In this document: positions 14,181 to 26,802 of the stretch, in pieces
Position numbering within the stretch: position 1 is the first letter of the stretch
How the letters are laid out: each line of letters starts with the position of its first letter
Assembly (NCBI RefSeq): GCF_023055435.1
Contig: NW_025963779.1
Coordinates: 92,504,001-92,568,000 of the forward strand
Origin: Haliotis rufescens
Taxonomy: Eukaryota
DNA: 64,000 nt
Direction of reading: 5' to 3'
Position numbers and translations under genes: made by a program
The notes under the pieces: generated by a model
Database searches by the model: none
The model's input: the letters and a program-made list of their open reading frames with translations, nothing else
Told to the model about the DNA's origin: nothing

Positions 14181-14554
14181 ACAACACTCCCCACCACACC
14201 ACACCCTCCTCTTAACACCAAGCCAGGAGTCATGTAAATACACATATATATGCATTGTGGGCAGCAACGACAATACTTGGATTATATAAGTCGATTATGA
14301 CAGCGAAAACTATAAATGTAGATTTTGGCCTATTATTTAGGAAGTGCATGATAACCCCCGGCCTCTCATTGCCCACTGTGTATTGCCTATTACCAATCAG
14401 TGAGAATTTAAGCCCTGGCTTCCAGTTGTCCGTCGCTATCCCCTACCACCGTCAATCTGTTGACTTTCCATGTTAAGTTTCCACCTCTGTAATCTTATTT
14501 CTTTTGTTGTTCTCACATGTGAATATATATGTTCTCTGCCTCATAGCATTTATT

Positions 14555-14594
14555 CACCTGATGAAGGAGTAAGTATATACTCCGAAACGTTGTG
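14555..14594 (+). ncRNA. minimal type I hammerhead ribozyme motif (Penelope pLTR type)
   Basis: CAC-CTGATGA-A-GGAGTA(AGTATA)TACTCC-GAAA-C-GTT-GTG: canonical core, perfect 6-bp stem II, palindromic AACGTT stem III and 3-bp stem I. AATAAA follows at 14603. Confidence 0.75.
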
Positions 14595-17500
14595 TTCCTC
14601 ATAATAAAGAAGTTGACACCAATAATTCTCTTCCTTATGCATAAGGAAGAGACCTGAGACTGTCGAATGACATTATCGCTCGTGTAATGAAGACCGGATA
14701 TATCCATGTAACACGGTGTGCCTGTGTTCACATCGTAGACCGTCACTGTATCGGCTATTTTCCCTACTTATCGGATCTATCAGAGAAGAAAGCGACGTCC
14801 CAACAACGTGGGCGTGATGCAGTAGAAACAACTACGACAATTACATGATACAAAGGAGCCGGAGCAGTCGCAAAACTCAAAAACAAATTTCCAAAACACA
14901 AAGCATAATGATGCCATTTTCCGCTAATCTATTTCTTCTTCCCGTCTTGTATTCGGCGTCCTGAGATTGCCCCTTGGTGATTTCACTGATCCGATTGTAG
15001 TCTGTGTTAACGGTTAATATTCTTTGAAGATCACCGTAAGGTAAAACACGTCACACTGCCTTTTATCCATCTTCTAAATAATCAGCATGTCTGTCGTATT
15101 CCCTTGTGATCGAGACGATGATAACAGTAAACAACGGCGGATTATTCAAAAGCGCTGCACGTCATTATAACAGTAAATCATTTGAAAACATTGACGAAAC
15201 ATAATCAATTGCGTCGGATCAAAAGTGGCATAAACGCTTAAAGGAAGCTATTTTGAATGAGCTTATAAGTAGAGCTTAGTAAGCATTCAAGTTTGTATCA
15301 GTAAAACCTTCAAAGGAAGCTCTTTGAAATCAATGTCAAGTTCCTTAAATAATTGTGATTGATTTCAGCCATTCGTCGTGTACAGTCAAGGAGCTCCGCA
15401 AACACGAAAAACAGTTAGCTATCAACAACCGAGACGAGCATTAATAGTTTTACCTAGATAATCAAGGGGTGTGTTATTGGTCGGATTTATCGACTAAATG
15501 TCATTGGTCGGATTTATCGACTATATGCTTCTTGATGCTGCACGAGCAAGACGTGACGTGTTAACATCCCCTCGTTATTTGGCCTCTCTTGCAGGGAGAT
15601 GTATGTTGCTGACCCCTCGCTGCTCGGGCCATATTTTCACCGTCCCTGTTGGAAAATGTCGACTGAGCACCTTCCATCTTACAGAAACTACTTTTCAACC
15701 CAACAATCACTTGGTCGTCAATCGTTGCACCTTTGTCCTGTTGCGGAATTTCCTGTTACGTAACGAGAGATTAATACTCAATTTCGTGTGATTGATTGAA
15801 ATTTACAACCATGGGGATTGTCAAAGTTAATTAAGCCGCTTTGGTTGCAACCGTTGATTAAATAATTTAGGGTCAATTTACTTCACCCCTCTTACATAAA
15901 TCCGTGCAAATATGATCATATTTATATCAAGTGGTAATTACTGCGCGGGTCTCAGGTGGAAAGTGATTTACGGGAAGCGTCATCTGGGGAGATATGTCAT
16001 GAAGCAACTGTTTGAAGTAGTAATGAAACTGAACTCTCCTTATGACACGCGCCGTTTTAAATTGAAATGTCTGATAATGTATGAGCAAAAAGGAAGCTGC
16101 TAAATGGAAGTAGGTCTGTTGCGTGATTGCTATTGTGTCTGACCAATTGTGCGTGAGGGCACTTCGGAGCTTGGATGTTGGTACGTCATCCATGGTGCTA
16201 TCGTTATTCATTGTCTTTAAGTGTTCGTAGAGTTCTCTTTACACAAGTCAAGCCACCCAATCTCTGGTTCGCCGGAAAGTGGGTCACATTACTACTCCAG
16301 TCAGTGAATTCAGACATTGGCATTTCTTTGGTTCTGGTAGCAGGGTATGGATGCTGAATCCATTGATGACACGGCATCTTGTTCAGATCCTGCCGATGAC
16401 CGACATGTTGAATCATGCCATGCGCATGTCCAAGTTTTCATTTTGCGCAAAACGTACGTGTTTCATGATGGTAAACTGATTTGTCTTTTACGGTAAACTT
16501 TACCGTATTTGTGTTGTAAACGGAAAACGCGTTGCAAGGTTGGCGGTAAGCATATATGCACATGTACGTGTAAGTTTTTTAACGTGTGTGCTTATAAGGG
16601 TATGTGTGCGCGTTTGTGAAGAAATAACGCTCCTGGTTTGTTAAGGGCAGCGATTTAATTGGAACACTTACGTGTATTGATGGTATATATTCGCGTCAAT
16701 GACGGTACACACACGTGTTTATGTCGCTAGATGTTTGTTTGTTTGTTTGTTTGTTGTACGTGACAACGTTGGAGTGCGTGCGTGCGCGTATGTCGTCAGA
16801 CGTTTAAATGTACATGATTATATGGGTGTTCATGAGTGTTGTTGATGGTAAACGCACACGCTGACTGTTTTCCCTTTGTATAGTACGTGTACCTCTAAAT
16901 GACGATAGACGTTCCCAAAACGTGAACGGTGCCGATACCGGTGACGTGGCGGACTGGATTTACCTTACACACATGTTTAGATAATACAACTATTTTAGTA
17001 TTGACAACAAATCAGTCATGTACTCCTCAGATACCGATGCTGTTCCTTTTTTCCCGACACCTCTGCGAGTGGTAGCGGACAGAGTTTCAATTGTGTCCAA
17101 CCGTCTCACTCGTTGACATAAAATGTGGCACCGTGCAGGAAAAATCTAGGAATGAACCGCTCCTATCAGACTGTCAAGGCGGTGTCAGGGGGACGTCGAT
17201 TGGGTGAGTGAATTAGGGTTAAACGCCGTTTAATCAGTGCTACAGCTATGTCACGTCGTGACAGCCTGATCAGTCTGGTACGTGACACAGGTCTTAGACG
17301 TTTCCATCTTTTGTGACGTCCGCTAGGACGGGTATGGCGCTGACAAACCAAGGGTCATAATCGAGACTGTGATTCCAATCCGTGATCGACCGAGAGACGG
17401 AACTCGTGCGGCGGTGGAGATGCGGAGACCACTTGGGCGACTTTACTGTTCTTACTGTTGACGTACATGGAGCCTGGGGTCAATACTCTGGGTATGGTAC

Positions 17501-18167
17501 ATATTAAAAAAGAGTCCCTGATGTTTTGTCAGCTTACACTTCATTACTCTAAGCTCACCAGAAGGGTATAGTCAGCTGAAAGCTCCCTGGGTTGCAGGGT
17601 GGGGTCTATTATCAAGACACCGAGTTCCAGCTCGCCGGCAATGCCGCGGTGTAAATGTATTCAGAGTGTGTACACTCGTCCGCCATCCCTCCAGCGACCA
17701 TTGTGAATTTGTCGTTTAAGGGATGTGTTGAATACAAATTCTGTTACAAAGAACGTCTACTTGAAATAGTATCCCGGATCAATTGACCCGTCGCTACTCC
17801 ACAATACCAGCAGGTAGACAAATCCCACTTTCTCCAAAAATCAATAACTAAAAAATTGCCGGCTTCGAACACCCTCGGTAATCAAAATTTAAAGCGAGGT
17901 TTTCTGTAAGAGATAGCTTAGACTGAACCGCCGGTCAATGGGTTGGAGATCCAGCAAATTAAATAAAGTCGTAAGGCAACGTAACTGCAACTCAGTCGCG
18001 TCGAACATTCGGTCTCTCTCCTCCGCAATGAAGGAGGCATTCAGTCACAAACCAATGATGAATATCTTTGGATCAGGACCTTAACCGGTGCACACCAACA
18101 CGGAATGGAATGTCACACACTCTCATAACTCTCATCTCTCTGTCATAGAACTCTACTAGGCAGTGTG

Positions 18168-18444
18168 NNNNNNNNNNNNNNNNNNNNNNNNNNNNNNNNN
18201 NNNNNNNNNNNNNNNNNNNNNNNNNNNNNNNNNNNNNNNNNNNNNNNNNNNNNNNNNNNNNNNNNNNNNNNNNNNNNNNNNNNNNNNNNNNNNNNNNNNN
18301 NNNNNNNNNNNNNNNNNNNNNNNNNNNNNNNNNNNNNNNNNNNNNNNNNNNNNNNNNNNNNNNNNNNNNNNNNNNNNNNNNNNNNNNNNNNNNNNNNNNN
18401 NNNNNNNNNNNNNNNNNNNNNNNNNNNNNNNNNNNNNNNNNNNN
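18168..18444. other. assembly gap (N run)
   Basis: Run of N in the sequence. Confidence 1.
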
Positions 18445-18523
18445 CGGAATAACACCAACTCAGAATGACTGTCGCTCTCAGGTCAGACCAGTATTATTAC
18501 GACTAGAACATCTTAAATGAAGC

Positions 18524-18943
18524 GCCAACATGACATATATTAATATATCTCGAGCCAACATGGCACATATTGATTTTATCTCGAGCCAACATGACATGTA
18601 TTGATATATCTCGAGCCTGCATGACATGTATTGATATATCTCGAGCCAGCATGACATTTATTGGCATATCTCGAGCCAGCATGACATATATTGGCATATC
18701 TCGAGCCAGCATGACACGTATTGGTATATATCGAGCCAGCATGACATGCATTGGTATATCTCGAGCCTGCATGACATGTATTGTTATATCTCGAGCCAGC
18801 ATGACATATATTGGCATATCTCGAGCCAGCATGACATATATTGGCATATCTCGAGCCAGCATGACATGTATTGGTATATCGCAAGCCAGCATGACATGTA
18901 TTGGTATATCTCGAGCCAGCATGACATATATTTATATATCTCG
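18524..18943. repeat. 30-bp minisatellite (ATGACATGTATTGGTATATCTCGAGCCAGC), about 14 copies
   Basis: Head-to-tail units. Unit length divisible by 3 explains the repetitive ORFs. Confidence 0.97.
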
Positions 18944-19084
18944 TTGGGGTAAAGACAGACGCTGGGTATGCAGGGGAACGTGATGTACAACTGTGTGGTT
19001 ATGGAGACATGAACGTGACTGAACAAATGTGAGCAAGAGGAAATAGCGACGTCTTCAGTCCAAGGTTACTTAAAAACGAATTAA

Positions 19085-20435
19085 ATGTCTGGCTTCTAAA
19101 TGCATGATTAATGCATGATTATGGGAAAGCCCGAAGTGATGCAGGCCTTAGACGTTTACCACGTTGATGAAACTCACGAGCAAGGGTATTGACTCAATGT
19201 GCTGACAAACCTGAAAACCTTATCGAGGTGAACCGGGATTCGAACCCACGATGATAGGTTTCTGGCGTGCCCAAGGGACGCAACTCGGCACAAAGAACTG
19301 CGGCGCCTCAGACGACTGCGCCTCCTGGAAAGAAGGGAAAAGATGCCTGGCATCCAAATGCATGGTTAAGTCAAATCAATAAAATGTCTGACTCCCTGTG
19401 TGTATTGTTTCTGAAATACGGATAAAATGCCTGGCTTCTAAATGCATGGTTATGGCAAATCAATAAAACCTCTGGCTTTCTGTGTACATTGTTTCTGAAA
19501 TACGGATAAAATGCCAGGCTTCTAAACGCATGGTTATGGCAAATCAGTAAAACGTCTGACTTTCTGTGTACATTGTTTCTGAAAGACGGATAAAACGCCC
19601 GCCTAATCTAAATGTATAGTTATGGCAAATCAATAAAATGTCTAACTTTCTGTGTATATTGAAAAATACGAATAAAACCTCCGACTTCAACAAGCATGGT
19701 TTTGCCAAATCAATAAAATTTGTCACTGAAAAAACGAAAATAATGCCTGGCTTCTAAATGCATGGTTATGGCAAATCAATATGTTTGACTTTGTAAGTGA
19801 ATGTTACTGATTAAAGAATGCAACATCCGTCTCATGAATGCATTGTTACAGCAAAGAAATAATATGTCTGATTTTTTAAGTACTGTCAATGGTTACTGAA
19901 AAACTAACAAAATGACTGACTACTGACTTCGTGGTTGTTAAAAAGACAACAACCACATCTGACCTTAGAAATGTATTGATATTGCAGAAACAGTTAAATA
20001 TAGGTATGCTCCTATGCAGATAAAATGATAATATATTATAATAATCCGAAAACATTTCAATTAATGTTTTCAAATTGAAAATGATTTAAATACATGTTTG
20101 CAAAAAAAAATCAATAAAATGTCAGACCTCTAAATGCACGGTCATCGCAACACAATAAATTTTACATTAATAATGTATGGTTACTTCGCAAACACTAAAA
20201 AGTATGACAAGTAATGGGACAGTTATGTAAAAAGATAAAAAGACTGACTTTTAAAGTCCACAAAAAAGATGTCTGACATTCAAACCATATAGTTGAATAA
20301 ATTGCCTTTTTAATGTATGTTTATCGCAAAACCTTTAACAAAACGTTGTGATAAAACCAGAATAAAATGTCTGACTTTTAAGATGCATGGTTATATCACA
20401 AACGATAAAGTGTCTGACCTACAAAATGTATGGTT
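19085..20435. repeat. degenerate ~83-bp tandem repeat (ATGCCTGGCTTCTAAATGCATGGTTATGGCAAATCAATAAAATGTCTGACT...), decaying rightwards
   Basis: Clear units at 19345-19790; shorter, degenerate subunits continue to about 20435. Confidence 0.8.
19122..19328 (-). mobile_element. tRNA-derived SINE family C, 3'-truncated
   Basis: Reverse complement matches about 42430-42622, including GAGTTGCGTCCCTTGGG..CGCCAGAAACCTAT..GTGGGTTCGAATCCCGGTTC (B box). Confidence 0.85.
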
Positions 20436-21553
20436 GTTGATCTGGCTTGTTTACGGGACAAGCAAGTGATTGGACAAACGGCAGTTTCTACAGCGGCGCA
20501 GAATGACTGGCAGTAAACATCTCCAAGCCTTTCAATATACGTTAAGGTGGCATTCGTCTGAACCTTCCAATTGAGAGATTTGCTAAATTGGAAGTGTCCA
20601 CATAACGCGATGCTGCTTGCCAGTTCCAATAGTCTTTGACGAAAGTCTGGGATAAACACATTTCATTTGGGATTGGGGAACTAACTTATCCCCTTTTGTA
20701 AGCTAATATTTGTACCAACGTTTTCAATACGGTCTGATTATATGGGCTTAATGCGCGACCCAAGGCCAGTGATAAATAGATAGCGTGAAATTGATCCTTG
20801 TCGATAACTCTTTGTGGATGAAATAAATGGACAGGTCGAACAATACAACCGGAAATAATTTTGGATCACGAAATTTGAGAGTCATTTGCTTAGCATGAAC
20901 GGATATTGGATTTTGATTTCAGTAAATCAGGTTCTTTCAACTCGGAAACTGAGACGAGTTGCTTCACCCTCAGTGAAGAATTTGGATATACTTTATAGTG
21001 AATGAAGGATAGACACTGTACCAATGGTATATATCAGTGATATATAATTAGACATATAGTAATTACGTACGTACATGCGTGCGTGCGTGCGTGCGTGAGT
21101 ACGTAAACACACACACACGTGAAGTGCCGGATTAGAATTGGTCTCGAATGGGATTCACCAAAGTGGTAAAACGTCTATGTTCTGCATCACTGCTAAGTTT
21201 TTGATACGTGATTTAAAATATAAGATAAGATAATATTTTAGTGATGTGGCACACGGCATATGTTGCACTGGAATTAAAACAGTCATCACAGAAATAAGAT
21301 ATACGTACCGTCGGGGTAAAAGACCTATGAGACACAATTTTAACTTGATAATACAATAAGAGCACTCAACGTTCTAAAATAACAACACATATTAATTATA
21401 GTGGTTAAAAGTATTATCAGATACAAACATTTCAAAACATATTACATCAGCCTTATTCATTTAATTCAACTAATATTATTCGTAGTCTTAGAACTAATGA
21501 GAGGGATACAATTTCCTAGGCTTAAACATTGTGTTCACGAGTGCGGCAAGGAC

Positions 21554-22575
21554 TATAGAGGTTATCACGCGAGTGTGTTTGGGGATGGTAAATATCCTGC
21601 ATTAGGAATAAACATTGTATTTAGCGAGCCTTGGCGAGCTAAATACATAGTGTTTATTCCTAATACAGGATATTTACCATCCCCAAACACACAAGCGTGA
21701 TAACCTCTTTATCATATAATGTCATTCTTTAATTCTGTGCTTCAAAATCGCTTTCCCTCTCTCACAAACATTACCGAAACATTGTGAGTTTTCCTGGAAT
21801 GCGCGCATTAATATTTATTACGTCACAGGGTAAGTGATGTGTCAGTCGGACAGTGACAGTAGCCAATATAGTTCCAACTGAAATCTGTTTCTTATACAGT
21901 GGCGAAGCAACATATACGCAAAACAACAATTGTTTTTAATTGCCTTTCGCGGCAATCCATCGGTCTGTCCGCTAGAGTAACTGCCCTTTGTCAAAGGGAA
22001 GCTACTCTAACCCTAGTTAATGAGACGTCACGGCCACGGTCAGACGTTGTTGATTGTCGGTCTGTCCTGTCATAACGATAAGAAGTGTTGTCAGATGTAC
22101 ACACAGCGACAAAACGAAACAAGGTAACAATTCAAACATATTTCCGTCAAATCCAACTATTTGAATTTGTGGAGAAGGTTTCAAGCCGCAGAGGTCTACA
22201 AGCACAGATATGGCTACTGATCCCGCTTGGCTAGGCCTCGTGCCCTCGCCAAATTGTTTCGAAATTTATATCTCCAAAGTTGCCAAAACTTATAAAATGC
22301 CTTAGCTGCGTCACAGTTAGACACAGATTTTCAGTATATTAGACTGTTCTATTGATAATGATAGCAATTATCCCTGTAGTTAATCCAGATTCCCGATGGT
22401 TAATTCTGACTCGATCGCCGAATGACGAGTGCGACGCCATGTTTTTTTATAAACAGTGAAAGTAGTCCCTACTTGACCTTTGATATTTGCATCTCTATCC
22501 GCATATGACCCCAACTGATATCGTTTTTATCCGTTTGCTTTATCCTGCCGAGAAACCTACCCATTATATGATAAA
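21554..22575 (+). mobile_element. non-autonomous element with a terminal ~150-bp hairpin and a 14-bp inverted repeat (Crypton-like architecture)
   Basis: Palindrome 21557-21708 (about 70-bp arms). TTTATCATATAATG at 21708-21721 is exactly inverted at 22562-22575. The superfamily call is inference. Confidence 0.65.
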
Positions 22576-22831
22576 ACGTAATATCACTGTAATACAATTC
22601 GAAGCGGTGTCAATCCAAACGCACAGCTGATCTACAGCGGCCTGTAGCACCATGCATCGAAACTCAATACAGTGGTTGATATCATGAACCACGCCATCGG
22701 GAAACCCACATCGTCCATAAAACAGCCCTCCCATAACTACAGGGACGACCGGCTTCGCGCCAGAGTACTGTGTCCAGATACAAGGCTACGGACAGACAGT
22801 CGGAGTAGGAGCGACACAACCATAATCATAC

Positions 22832-22988
22832 GGGGCGTACTCTAGTGGTTAAAGCGCTCGTTCTTCACGCCGAAGACCCGGGTCGATTTCACATGGGTTC
22901 AATAGGTGAAGCCCATTTCTGATGTCTCCCGTCGTGATATTGCTGGAATATTGCTAAAAGCGGCATCACATTATACTCACTCACTCAC
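22832..22988 (+). mobile_element. tRNA-derived SINE family B
   Basis: tRNA-like head (TAGTGGTTAAAGCG...GACCCGGGTCGATT), body GAAGCCCATTTCTG, tail GATATTGCTGGAATATTGCTAAAAGCGGC plus (CACT)n. Confidence 0.85.
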
Positions 22989-23174
22989 CAATAATCCTAC
23001 ATATGCCCCGCAACGCAGGAGAACAACCAGCCCCCACTGACCAGAATCCATTTGGCGTAAAGGGCAGAATAGTTGGGATTAAATTAAGAAATGTATGGTA
23101 CAAGACACCAATAGGCACGAGAACGCGGTTTTGGTGACTGTCACTGCGGATGCAGGTTTGGGGTTTGGGCTGGG

Positions 23175-23431
23175 GTTGCTGTTTAACAACGCACACAGCA
23201 ATAGTCCAGCTATATGACGGCGGTCTGTAAATAATCGAGTCTGGTCCAGACAATCCAGTCATTGACATCATGAGCATCGAATCACGCAACTGGGATACGA
23301 TGACATGCATCAACCAAGTCAGCGAGCGTGACCACCCGATCCCGTCAGTCGCCTCTTACGACAAGCATAGTCGCATTTTACGGCAAGCATGGGTTGCTGA
23401 GGACCCATTCTACCCCGGATCTTCACGGGTC
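23175..23431 (-). mobile_element. SINE family A
   Basis: Reverse complement of the 26168, 39912 and 61047 copies (ATGCTTGTCGTAAGAGGCGACT..GGGATCGGGTGG..GGATTGTCTGGtCCAGACTCG..TATAGCTGGA). Confidence 0.9.
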
Positions 23432-24019
23432 TGTGGACGCAGGGATGATAGCGGGATGCTGGAAGGGGATGATGCGGCAGCTGGGGGATGGGGAAGAGGG
23501 GGGCGCATAACGCCTTGGCTCTACATGTTCATCTATCACGAGATTCACTGCGCCACTTGTGAATAGTGTGCTTTCCCTTTTCCAAATTCCCGGAACCCCT
23601 CCGACAGTCTTCGATATAGAATTGAAAGCCGCGTGATCTAAGGGAAGCAACTCTACATGTCACATTTAAAAGGCCCATCGTGACAGACATCATGTCTGAC
23701 CGTCCTTGGTAGTTATAGTGTCGCTTTGACGTGTCTCTTAAGTGTCTCCTATATTACACCGCAATGCATACATCTCAAACATTATAACAACGTACAAGAG
23801 CACACTATATTCAGTTGTGTCGTGTTCATCGTCTTCAATTAGGGCAAGAAACACCGCATTGAGATGTAATTACTGTAACTCATTTAAAAAATATCAATTC
23901 AGTGATATAAGTTCAGAGCGTATTTGAGCTAATCAACCAGCTTTTCTGCATAGATAGGAAGGGAAGAGACTGACTCTCAGTAATGCATATTTTGGGTTGT
24001 GGATTCGGTGCATTATAAA

Positions 24020-24025
24020 TTATTA

Positions 24026-24084
<59 letters not shown>

Positions 24085-24103
24085 TTATTTTTATTATTAT
24101 TAT
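24020..24103. repeat. (ATT)n microsatellite
   Basis: Trinucleotide run. Confidence 0.98.
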
Positions 24104-26167
24104 AGTGGTACAACGTCAGAACAGAGGAACCCCAGGCTGTACACTAGCAGCTTATATTAGATTAGCGCATTTGACGGTAAGACAATCAAAGCGAGAAAAA
24201 GCAGTTATATACATCGGGCAATCTAACCACGCGGGCTGTTTCCTCAGGGCAATTAACAGTGTTAGGACACCTGCGAGCTAGCCCTTCACTGAATTGTGAA
24301 TCCTTCCTATATTGAGTTGTGTATTTAGAGATATACTGAATGTATAGATGGAAACAAAAGACGTCTACTGGATGTGGCCAGTAGTCAGACCGTCCGAGGG
24401 GAAATCAATTACCGTGTCTGGTACACTCGGAAATGCTTTTTTTAAATTATTTACATTTTTTGTGGTTTCATTGAATCCCCCGACAATGTGACTGTAGATG
24501 CTTTATACGTACAGTACATAGACACGTAGCTCACTTGGACATGTAGCTCACCTGCACTGCAATACTGAACCACGTCCGATGCAATTCGTTAACCATATAC
24601 AGTATTTGAAATTCTGATGACAGTTAGCCTCGTCAGAAAGCACAAATAATTACACACAGTATAATTCAAAATGATTTTTACATCAAATCCTATTTTCAGG
24701 AACAAATCAATCAGATTACAGATGGTCTCATGCAAAAGATATGACGTCACAGTCGGATATAGAGCCAAATTGCAAGTTTCCTATTGTCTTCAATACATTC
24801 TCTTTGGAGATTTTTAGCGTGTTTCTGCACGAAATTTATTGCCTCACGTCATTTGAACATTGTGTTAACCGCCGCTTTGCATTTTGCAGCCTATAATTGT
24901 AGACATAACTATTTAAATATGCCTACCGACATTGGCTGTAAAAGAAGCACTATCTTGAATATACTCTCATGATGGCATGATCGCTTTTTGGAACGAAGCC
25001 CTGAAATTATGTCTTGGTTGTTCTACGTGTTTTGCAGGTGCATGAGCTGACACAAAGGAATGTATGACCTTGACATTAGTCAGAGACCTTGACCTCGTGT
25101 GATCAAAGTAGCTACCGGTAGTAAAGTTAAAACTATAGTGATTGAGATGGTGTAAGGGGGTTTATTGACGTACGTATATAGCGACTTGCATGCACGCGTG
25201 TGTGCGTGGCTGCTTGCATGGCACCATCTGGTAACGTCGTTTGATATGACGCGGTCAGGGGATCGAACCACAGACGTTCCGCTCACCAGGAACGCTCAAA
25301 CCACTAGGCCACGTAGCGTCCCACAAGAGGTACACATAAACATATGTGACTTGATTATTTTTAAAGAACTATGAATATATATGACTTGTGTTACGTGTTG
25401 GTTCTAAAGCTGAAACGCGAAGGTTAACCCAGGAATCGGTACCTACAGAACGAAATTGTGAAATCTGAAATAACCACATAAAATCAATGAACAATCAACA
25501 AATTATACTGAAACGCATACAATCATAAAAGGCTGTACAATGGATCAAATAACAGGCATTATAAACAATCAGCGCAGCACGCATGTCACGAATGTCTGAC
25601 ATAAGGCACGTGCCCCGTTCTTGGGTGTAGGCAGACTAGTCCGTGTTTTCCGATAAGTGGACTGCCCGCACCGGCCAAGTACAAACGTCGCAAGTCAGAC
25701 TGTAGGAGGAGTTTTTAGTTTGGTACAACCGACCTTCCAGAAACTTCTCGAATGATACAGGCTATCTCAGTGTCACTAAACAAAGGGAAATAACTGGGAA
25801 ATACCCTGGATGTCGCATGCCGTCAATAAATAACGGCACTTGATGTTTTACGAGCACCTTTATATTGGCATATCAGAAATAAACTTACCACCACACATTA
25901 CCACATAACACTCGTTTCCTGACATTAAAGAAACACGTGTTATATTGCTGTACATATTGTCAGTATATCAACGGCTTTAGTCAATTTCTTATAATTTTGA
26001 AGTTTACTCCATATATACGGCTTTTCAATTTGACGAGAGTGTATGAACGACACAACTTGACGTTCATGCGTTTTTCACGAGACCCAGTTCTTGAAATGAT
26101 GTAAACACTGACGGAATACTTCCACATTCCTAGGATTCAATTCTTAAACATATGAATGCTTGCCGTT

Positions 26168-26378
26168 AAAGGCGACTATTCTTGTCGTAAGAAGCCACTA
26201 ACGGGATCGGGTGGTCAGGTTCGCTGACTTGGTTGATGCATGTCATCGTATCTCAATTGCGTGGATCGATGCTCATGGTGTCAATGACGGGATTGTCTGG
26301 TCCAAACGCGATTATCTACAGACCGCTGTACATGTAGCTGGAATATTGCCGAGTGCAACGTTAAACAACAAAGAAATA
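26168..26378 (+). mobile_element. SINE family A (5'-truncated)
   Basis: High identity to about 39945-40145. Confidence 0.9.
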
Positions 26379-26670
26379 AAATAATGACTTTGCTTGGTGT
26401 TCTGTCTAGCGTTCTCCGGACGGTTGCTGCTGGGATTGCGAAATAGACAGGGAAGGGGAGCGTTTAGTCGACTCCTGGTTGTGTTGACCTCGAGACTATA
26501 CCCTAGGTATTTATGTCGGAGGTGCCGTTGGCCATAAAGAGGTATGTGAACAGTGAGAACGATGGCGACATCTCTGGATTCGTTTCACAGAATGATGGCC
26601 TGATGACCAACGGAAGCGCACGTAAAATAATGGTCACAAGTGTTTATTCGAAAGGTTGCTAAAATAATTC

Positions 26671-26802
26671 GGACTGTGGGGCGTTCGCTCGTCACGCTGA
26701 AAACCCGTTGTTTTATTCCCTACATGGGTAAAATGTTTGGAGCCCATTTCTGGTGTCTCCCGTCGTGATATTGCTAAAAGCGGCGTTTTGTTGTAACCAT
26801 TC
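26671..26802 (+). mobile_element. SINE family B copy, tail split by LTR insertion
   Basis: Matches 22832-22988. Its ATACTCACTC tail resumes at 27927. Confidence 0.75.

Noticed and set aside
18503-19026. Repetitive ORFs on both strands
   Set aside because: Produced by the 30-bp tandem repeat.
23913-24281. Poly-Ile / poly-Tyr ORFs
   Set aside because: Translations of the (ATT)n microsatellite.
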